NCBI GenBank assembly: GCA_023213395.1
Contig: CM041465.1
Coordinates: 233,685,741 to 233,749,740, forward strand
Origin: Cycas panzhihuaensis
Lineage: Eukaryota; Plantae; Cycadophyta
Direction: 5' to 3'
Length of the DNA: 64,000 bases
The position numbers and the translations under genes were made by a program. Each line of letters starts with the position of its first letter. Position 1 is the stretch's first letter. A model generated the notes under the pieces. It searched no databases, had not been told where the DNA came from, and saw only the letters and a list, made by a program, of their open reading frames with translations. Positions 54,422-64,000 of the stretch are shown here, piece after piece.

Positions 54422-57400
54422 TATAATGCACCTCTAAGTCAACTCCATTAAAATGGTTAATGGATGCCTATAGAAAAAATTCCATATTGACCTTTTTTTT
54501 TTCTTTTTAATTATTTAATTCCTATCTTGGTTTGTGATTATTTAATCTTTATATCTAGGTTCACTCAGCTTCATATAGGATATTTTAATGATTTAAGTTG
54601 ATACTTCATGTTTAGGTTGAGTATATATAGAAAATTTTATTTACATTAGTATATCATACTAACAAATGTGTATAAGCATGACATGTATTAACCATTAATG
54701 TATTTATCAATATATGAAAGTATTAATAATCACATGATCATTTTAGAATATAAGGGATAATAAGGGCAATTAAAGAGTCAATTATATAACCATAAATACA
54801 ACATAATATTTAATGTAAAAAATTTATAAATAGAGAAAACCACATCTAAAATAATATATTAGATTTCACATTAAAGATCATGATGAGTCATCTAGCCTTA
54901 TAAGGAGAACTAGGTAATTTAATTTGCTTAATAATATATATTCCCTTATATACTTCTATGACTTTATCATCAACTAATAATATTACATTGATATATTGAC
55001 CGCTTAGACCATGTATAAGAACCTTTACATTGACTAATTATGTGTTAATCACTAAATTAAATATTATATCAAACATTATAAAATTTAATATTCTAACACT
55101 CATCTTTATTATTTAATTTGTAAAACTCTTAAATGTCTTTATAACTATACTAGATCACCTACTCAGCATATCCTCATATCACTTTTAGATATCAACCAAG
55201 CAAATGTGTCTTTAATATACTTATTCTCCTATAATAAATGTCATATCACATCATCTTTCTTACTATTTATAAATCATCAAGCAAACATGACTTGAACTTA
55301 TCATAATATATGAAGTATCTTCTTCACGACTTTATATCTTTCACATATAAAGTATAAAATTAAATTCACCAACTTATCAATAACCATATCCCTAATATCC
55401 ATATAAAATAACAATCATTTACTAAAATGTATGGGTAACAAATTGTTGTAATTATAAGTTAACTAAGAAGTTTTCCACATGTATATTTTTATTAAATTTT
55501 TAAAATAAAAATAATATATTTAGAAATAAATTGAACTACTTGGATAAACAAATATGGTGTACTAAGAATATTCTATGAATCTTTTTTTACCACTTATCCT
55601 ACGAGATATGAAAAACTCGTGTTGCTATTATTAAAAGTTTTACAAAGGGCAACCCTTGCATATTTCTTTAGATATTTAGATTGTCAAGCTTATTGTAACA
55701 AGGTAACAAGTGTAATGTATTTTATGTCTCTTATCATATATGGTTATTAGATTTGTAACTAAAAATACATATTTAGTTGGACTTCTCAATAATTGATCCT
55801 AGTTTTATGGATAATCTATAATTGTTAATATAAAGCAATTAAGAAAATAATCATATAAGACTTCTCCTTATCTTATATGAGGTAGGTAACTCTTATTCAT
55901 CTCAAACAATAACATTCATTCAAACGACTTTCTTTTTAATATATCAAGTGGCCTGAAAATATATCATTTCATTCATTTAAATGAAGTGACCAAATCAACA
56001 TTTTTTCTCATTTAATTAATTTTGTATCTTATCATAGGTATTCAAATACCAAATTTGTTCTTCTTCTAGCATTATTAATATTCAACACATAAATATGTAT
56101 CATTAAATTTTTTTTCATCATCAAATAGGTTCTCAAATATGCTTCACAATGCTTTAAATGAGCCTTAATATGTAATAAATAAACTTTAAATATATTCCTT
56201 TTATATTTTTACATAAAAACTTATATTTATAACCATCATCATGCATCTATGTATATTTAAAAACCCTTAAAATCATTAAAAAGAAACTAAAATATGATTT
56301 GAAGTTCTAAAAAATAAACCTTTTATCATTCTAAAATTCACTTATTTAACTTCATCAATAAAAATCTCCATGGCATAATTTCTGAACTATGCTTTATGAT
56401 TATTCATTTTATTCATCTATGAGTCTTCTTTCCAACTATTTAGATGACACTTAAAACTAACATTATATTAAAAAAGTTATACTTAAAATAATGTCAACAT
56501 GTCATAAAAAGTATATTAAGGCTTAAAAAGTAGTTTAGAAATAGTAACAATACATGTTACTAAATTGATAATAACTTTTAATTCTAATATCTAATTAAAT
56601 TAAAACCACTTCCAACAAAAAGAAAACTTTAATATGAACTTATTCAAAAAATATTTGAGGTGAATCATATATCTATATCCCTCACTATGGCCATTTAAAT
56701 TTGTGATAACAAATTTTCTACCCTACAGATAGTGATGGATAATAGGACAAGATTGAAACCCTTATAATTTTTACAAGTATACTCTAAATCCTATAGTATA
56801 ACCACTCAAAATTTATGGCATAGACTTGGATGTATTAAATCTATAGTTATTAAAAAAAAATGGTCATTTGCACCTCTAAAGTCATATATCTTTGATAAAA
56901 CCCTCATTTTTAAAGCTTAAAAAGTGCATCACACAAACTTCTTTGAATATTTTCATCAAACCCTAGTTGTAGACCCATAATTATTTTCCACTTCACTTCA
57001 AAACATAAAGAATTTTTATAAAATTATAATTCTCTATTACTCACAATATTTAAATTATATAATTTTTTATTTTTAATTTATCTCTCAATAATAATAATTA
57101 ATTATTTTATTTTAAAAAAAGCCATTAAATATGATGTAAATTTATAAAAAGTCAGATGAAAAGACCATTAATTAAGTAGGTATGAGAGATTTAACTTCAC
57201 CATCTTATGGTAGTTGAGTTCTTCTCTGCAAGGTGATTAGTTCTTATATTAAGACTTTGTTCTTGTTCTTCATCATCAATAATCAAATATGAATTTGAAA
57301 TGAAACTTACATGCTTTGAGATATAGGCCCTAATAATCTTGGTCACAACTAGCATATAGGTTTCTCATTCAATATAACTCACATCAACTAATATTAGCTC

Positions 57401-58300
57401 ATGTTAGGTCCTATTATTGGCTTTTACTAACTCATACTGACTCTTCAAATTACACTACATAACACACATATGGATCATATTTAAATGATTAAGATTACCA
57501 CCATGTATGTGTGGTCTTTAACATTCTAGTCTTCAACCTATGTTACCTTACTTCATTTCACATAATGGTCTCATACTAACTCTTTTATACTTTTTGCTTC
57601 TGGTTTATCTTTAGATCATGTCACTTGTACTCTAATACTATGCAAAATATTTAATTTTCTTTAATATAATATATTAATAAATATGTATGAATCATTAATA
57701 TATTCATCAATATATGAAAGCATCAATAATCACATGATCATTTAACAACACAAAGGATAATAGGGACAATCAAAGAGTCAAACGTGCAACTATAAATATG
57801 ACATGATATTCAATTAAAAAAAAATATGAATAGGAAAAACCACCTCTAAAATCACATAGGAGATCTCATATTAAAAATCATGATGAGTTATCTAGCCTTA
57901 CGAGGAAGATTAGTTGATCTAATTTATTCTACAATACACATGCCCTTATATACTTATGTCACCTCATTATCAACAAAAAATATTACCCTAATATATCAAC
58001 CACTTAAATTATGTATAGGAATTTTTACATAATTAATCATGTGTTAATCACTAAATTAAATATTACATGAAATATTACAAAAATTAATATTCCAACAATA
58101 TATAGAAGAAAGCCAACAAAGCTATATACCTCTAACACTTATGAAATACACACCATTTTAGTTTTAATAATTCTTATGGAGTGCTCCTTATTTATTTTCA
58201 TTATTATTTTTGTTTTCTAAATTTATGTCTATTACTTGCACGTAGTGGAGCCATATAACTACCTTTATAGGAGACAGTATCTTTGTCATAAAGGATCACA
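54422..58300 (+). mobile_element. 3' LTR of the plus-strand chromovirus, split by the 54626-58097 insertion; right end uncertain
   Basis: Starts tataatgc (TG>TA) immediately after the PPT and continues across the TSD at 58098. Confidence 0.5.
54626..58097 (-). mobile_element. Old, heavily decayed ~3.5 kb Copia-like LTR element
   Basis: LTRs 54626-55098 and 57641-58097 (~20% or more diverged by eye). Degenerate PBS actctaatacta at 57629-57640. Degenerate PPT rc after 55098. TSD gtata/atata. Confidence 0.82.
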
Positions 58301-58910
58301 TGGCTTGCCCTAGTGATAGTTATATAACTATACCTATAGGAATAGGTTGTGTATATAATATTACAACTAGCTTAAAATAAGATTACATAGTTGTATATAA
58401 AGGCCATATAGTTTGACTACATTTATTTAAATAGTTATACCTTTTGAAGAAGAGAACTAATATATTTAGGCTAATCTAATGGATGGAGATTTCCTATGTA
58501 TAACTTGGGCTTTAAACAAAGTTTTATGGTTGATTTTTAAGGTCTTTATGATATATGTAGGCTAAAACCAAACTACCTTATTTACTTGAAATTTCACAGT
58601 GGGCTTTTCCATATTAAAACCTTAAAACTTACATGGTTTAGACTAATTTTCCATCATAATCTCCATTATATTTGTCATGTTTTAGTATAATATTAATGGA
58701 TACTCCTTTCATAAATTAGGTATATTTTTATTGTAAAACTAATGACAATAGGTATGCATTTATTTCTTATGGTTTATTATGTATATGAGTATGGTTCACA
58801 CTTATATTGCATAAAAACATAAGGATGATAGACCTATCTTATACCATATTTATTTATTTATTTATTTATAGTCACGTGTGATTATATGAGATAAGTTTGG
58901 ATATAGACAT

Positions 58911-61685
58911 TGTAACATTCTAAAATATGGTAAAAAATATAGCTTATGACCATTCAAATAAAAGGGCTCTAAACGATGATTCTAACGGTCTAGACGAAAG
59001 TTAATTCCAACATCTGTATCAAAAGTTATGATTATTTAAAGACTTTAGTCTACATATTTTTAGAGGTGTTCTAGCTAACTTCAAGTAATAGTTTTAGGTA
59101 GGTTTTTCCCCTTTCCTGGCCGACTTCTATTACTATCTTTTGGATGCCTATTTAAGGAGGATTTGTGGCCTCATTTGATGATCATCAAAGACGTCTTGGA
59201 CTACAATATTTTTGACCTTTTTGAGGAGCTTTATAGAGGGTACCTCACCTCGAAGAGGGATTCTTTATCAACCATAATTATGGAGTCATTTGGCAATCCT
59301 ATATCTATCTAGTTTATTTTCATTTTGTACTACTTTATATTTTGTATGCCATAAGTATTCAAGTGGATTTGTATTATTTTTTTCTTGATTAAAAATTTTG
59401 CAAGTATAATTAGTGGATATTTTATCTATTTTTGTAAAATTTCTTAGAAGAATTCTATAAGATTGCTACAAGTGGTATCAAAGTTTCATTTGAAGTGGGT
59501 ATTTAACATGCTTCTGTAAGAAATATCTAAGAAAATATTTTCCTAATAGAACAAAGTTAAGGTCAGGAAAAACTACAATAGGAAAAATGGTGCTCCAGGC
59601 CTCCCAGGGAATCAAGGACGTGTAAAAAAAGATGGACCATTTAGATAGTAATATCATGCTAATGCAAACCCAGTACAAGGAATTAAAATCAAATATACAA
59701 GAAATTTGTGATATTCTGTTAGCTCTAAAAAAATATTTTGGATTTCAAAGCAGAGCTAAAGAAGAGAAGCAGAACCAAGAAGAAGGGAAATACTTAAGAG
59801 ATTAGATTGGGCTCGGTCTTAAGGGAACTAAATTTTAGCTAGAAATATTTGACCTAGATAGTTCCTGGGATATTTATAGTTGGGTGATATAGATGGTGGT
59901 CTACTTCAAAACCACCCTTTTAACCAATAAGGAAAATTTGGTGGTGGTAGCATTGCACTTATATGGAAAAGCCTTACAATTTTTTCACTGGTGGCAAAGA
60001 AATTATGAGGGAACAATCCACTACAATTAGATTTTTTTAAAGAAGTCTCTATTCCAGCTATATGAAGATATAATGAAAATGGATTATTTTGCCTAGCTTA
60101 CCAGGTTATAATAGGTCAGTACAGTATAATCTTATATTGAACAGTTCTAAGTATTGCATAATATAATAGATGCCCATATCAATAAACCTCAACTAGTAGA
60201 AGTATACATAGTAGGTCTTTAAGGTAATATTAGGTATTAACTAAAGTCCATAGAGGTGAGCTTTCTGACTGATGCCATACGCCATGCTAGGAATATTAAA
60301 GAAAAATTTAGAGAAGGAAGACAAAGTTTCATTCATTGACTTAAGTTTAAAAGACCTCCTAGCCAGAAATTTATACCAAATTAGACACAGTCTAGAACTA
60401 AAGCCAATGCTCCTATGCGGGGGGGGGAGATGAACAAATATAAAGAGCAGAACACCTCAAGAATGGAACGTGTTTTCACTGTGGAGGAAAGTATAATTAG
60501 GAATATAGATTCCCTTATAAGAAGATGTTCATGATAAATAATAAAAAAGACCCTCTCCCTAATGAAACTATGGAAGAAATTATAGAAGAGGAAGCATTGG
60601 TCCAAGAAGATGAAGCCCAAATATAAGAGCTATTGAATACAAACCTGAATAATGTTCAGATATCACTTCAAGCCATTACTAGGGAGATTGCATTTTTCCA
60701 TGATTATAACCCTACAAGTAAAAGAGCCTAAAACAAATAGGGTAAAATAAACTTCAACCAAATTTTTTTGGACCTTATAAAATCTTGGCTAAAATTAGAG
60801 ATGTAGCCTACAAATTAGAGCTTCCCCTAGATTGCCAAGTACATAATACATTCCACATTTCTTACTTTAAGAGGAAGATAGAAGAAAGGGTACTAATTTA
60901 TATGGAACTTCCAATATTAGATGAGGAAGGAGGACTATCAGTTGAACCAAAAGGTATCCTTCAGAAATATACCAAAATGTTCCATTCTCGTGAAATCATA
61001 GAATACCTTATCAAATGGAAAGCAATGGACAATAGTGAGGCCACATGGGAATCTGAAGAATGGATATAATAGTACCAAAATTTACCTATGCTTTGAGGGC
61101 AAAGCATGTTTTGAGGAGGAGAGACTTGTAACATTCCAAAATATAGTCAAAATATAACTTATGACCATTCAAATCAAAGGTCTCTAAATGATGATTCCAA
61201 CGGTTTAGATGAAAGTTAATTCTGGCATCTATATCAAAAGTTATGATCATTTAAAGACTTCAATCTACATATTTTTAGAGGTGTTCTAGCTGACTTCAAG
61301 TAATAGTTTTAGGTAGGTTTCAACCCTTTTCTAGCTGACTTCTATTACTATCTTTTGGCTGCCTATTTAAGGAGGATTTGTAGCCTTATTTGATGATCAT
61401 CGGAGAAGTCTTGGAGTGCAATATTTTTGGCCTTTTTGAGGAGCTTTGTAGAGGGTACCTTACCTCGAAGAGGGATTCTTTATCAACCATGCTTGTAGAG
61501 TCATTTGGCAATCTTATATCTATCCAATTTATTTTTATTTTGCACTACTTTATATTTTGTATTCCATAAGTATTCAAGTAGATTTATATTATTTCTTTCT
61601 TGATTGAATATTTTACAAGTGTAATTGGTGGATATTTTGTCTATTTTTATAAAATTTCTTAGAAGAATTCTGTAAGATTGCTACA
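58911..61685 (+). mobile_element. 2.8 kb chromovirus deletion derivative (gag + integrase C-tail/chromodomain); most similar LTR pair in the window
   Basis: LTRs 58911-59470 and 61127-61685. PBS tggtatcaaagt at 59473. PPT gaggaggagagact. Perfect TSD gacat. Confidence 0.95.
60690..61115 (+). pseudogene. Integrase GPY/F tail and chromodomain
   Basis: FFGPYKILAKIRDVAYKLELP...HNTFHIS...EYLIKWKAMDNSEATWE (ORF 60785-61069). Confidence 0.92.
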
Positions 61686-62999
61686 GACATGGACATTGAT
61701 GGTATAATTATGTGGGAGAACCACATATTAGAGTACCTAAGTGCCTTAAGAGAACTGTACTCTTTTAATAGGTTGGTAACCTAAGAATGAGTGTATGTTT
61801 CTATATGAGGATTATAATCTCCTCAATTTCAATGAAGATTTGATTAACTAACCTCTAAGAAGAGCTAACTTAAAGATAAGAATGTAACCCACCAAGAGGT
61901 AATTGTTGGGATAAAATCTAGTATGCATATACTTTGGACAATGGAAAACTAGAAAAACATATCTAGCCTAACTTGATGAGTGTAAGAATGCATCAACCAA
62001 GGGTCATATGAAATAATACATGATAGAATCTAAAGGAAACCATTGAAAAAGAGTTCTTAAGGAATGCTTGATAGGGTGCATTCTAGATCAGAACATAATA
62101 CAATCCAAAATACACATGGAGCACATCTCAAGGAATAAATGGAACACATGGGCTAATTAGAAATATACATTCTAGATTTGTTTATGTCATCCATAAACAT
62201 GCATTTACAAGATTATATGACAAAAATATTATATTAAAAGAGACATAATTAAAGAGTTATAATAAAAAGGTATATTTAATTATGGAAATAAATTGTTGTG
62301 ACCATAAGCCAAAACATGCATTTTGGTATTTATTAGTCATTTGTCCATCATTCTAGTGTAAGAGCCAAGTGAGCCAATTATATGGCATGTTCTCAAGTGT
62401 GAAAACCAAGCTAATTGATCTTGTGACATGTTTTCTAGTAGGAGACATATATGGAAAAGGTATTGACTAATGTAAAATCTATTATAGATTCATATTGCTT
62501 AATGAAATTATGAGTTATGTGGAAATTATGTATCATGGGCATAATTGTGATTGATGTATGGAATTATACTAGATAATCTAATTGATATTATGACATTGTA
62601 ATGATGTGATTATGTTATAGGAATGGATTTATAAGTAGATATGGTGTATGCGTATGAGACTGGCATGTTTACTAACCCTAAGTAAATTACCCAAAATGGC
62701 TCTTAATAAGTGTACATTCTAAAGGGTAGAAAGTGAGGTCAGCCTTGGTTCAATTGCCTATGTCCATTGAGGAGGGACTGAGTTGAAGTTTTATTATATA
62801 TACTTATGCCTAAGATCAAGGAACCTTAGCTGTCATCATAGTGGCATACTATAAGTAAGCCTCTGATAGCTAAGAGGCCTTCTAATGCTACCAAAATGAC
62901 CTTTGAAGGTGGGTGAGCCACCTAGACAACCTTCACATAAGGGAATTCTAAAATATACAAATAAAGGGCTGTAAGATGGGCAAATAAGAAGAAATTAAC

Positions 63000-64000
63000 A
63001 AGGGTGAGGAAGTTAAGTTCCATTAAAAATGGTAAGACCAAGGGATGATCTGTTGAAGGGTTTGAGGTAAGTGGCACCTAGATACCTCAAGAATAAGAAA
63101 ATGAAGAACATGGAGAGCCAATGGTGATAACATTATCCCATTTGAATCATATATGCTTAGCCCAAAAAAAGAACAAGAGGAGATCCCAAAAAAAGAATAA
63201 GATTTAAAGGAAGAAAATAATATTTTATAGGAGGAAAGAGAAACCCTAAGGAAGGAGGAAGGGTTAAGTGTGGAATCTAGTTTGAAAGGCCTAAGTGATC
63301 ATGAGGAGCATGTGGAAGAAGGTCCTTTATCATATTAGGAAAATCATCTAACAAGGTAGTTATTTGAGGAAACACTGAAAAATAATCTAAGTAGTAATTC
63401 TTGATTAAAAAACCATCAATAGTATAGATACTAGGCCATCTAGAATTTATTCATTTGAGGACACCCTTTAAGAATCCTTTATTTGGGAGAGATAGTATTG
63501 AGAAAAGTTTACTTGGGACACCATGATAACTTTAAAATAAAAAATTACATAGCCTAATTCTCCAAAGATAGAAATTACACCACCTTATTCTCCAAAAAAT
63601 AGGGGATTTGAAAGAGTTTAAGAAATTAATTTTTAATGATATATTATATGTCATGAAGCATGTGTATTTATTTCAAAATTTGCTAAATATGAGAAAAATT
63701 ATAGATGAAGATGAGATCAAAGCTAGATTTACATGTATATTAAGGGGAGTACTTGTACAAAGAATTAGACAAAATAAAAGCTTGGGAAGAAGTGAGAAAA
63801 TAATCTAAAGAAAGGTTCTAGAAATTTCACAGTAATGAGGTTGTCAAAATTACCTTAAAGAAAACTAGATAAAGGCCTAGAGAGTTAGTGTTCACCTACA
63901 TAAATTATATAAAAATCATAGCAGCCAATATGATAGATGGGAAAGTACCAAATTACAACATGAAAACTTATTTTGTTAGAGGGTTAAATAAGAAACTAAG
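63000..64000 (+). pseudogene. Decayed Gypsy gag-like region running off the window
   Basis: E/K-rich N-terminal part, then HVYLFQNLL...DEDEIKARFTCILRG (ORF 63608), a gag-like pattern. Confidence 0.45.

Noticed and set aside
61690-62950. Possible long 5' LTR of the element whose gag starts near 63000
   Set aside because: No partner LTR in the window and no convincing termini or PBS.

Overview
AT-rich, CpG-depleted plant-type intergenic DNA (gymnosperm-like LTR families; the taxon is inferred, not proven). It contains no intact host gene and no RNA gene. Nearly all of it is old, stop-riddled LTR retrotransposons whose LTRs, PBS, PPT and target-site duplications (TSDs) can still be read. Left part (1-16 kb): a Copia 3' end, an LTR plus PBS of a second element, and a minus-strand non-chromovirus Ty3/Gypsy that has an intron-containing antisense ORF remnant, a (TA)n/(GA)n tract and a nested ~4 kb non-autonomous chromovirus-like element. 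16.0-25.6 kb: a plus-strand Gypsy with an extra 3' ORF and no TSD. 25.6-58.3 kb: a nest at least 5 levels deep (chromovirus > chromovirus > Copia > non-autonomous element a > sister element b), plus a truncated Copia, a 2.4 kb compound microsatellite and a decayed Copia-like element. 58.9-61.7 kb: a gag+chromodomain deletion derivative with a perfect TSD. Most notable: (i) a stem that encloses the PPT/LTR junction in several families with different stem sequences; (ii) a non-autonomous family with one Gag-N-fused ORF of unknown function and a non-homologous, CpG-retaining leader cassette; (iii) an A-B-X-B'-A' arrangement; (iv) a spliced antisense accessory ORF. The long Y/I ORFs in the track are microsatellite artefacts. 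Coordinates and divergence estimates were read by eye.
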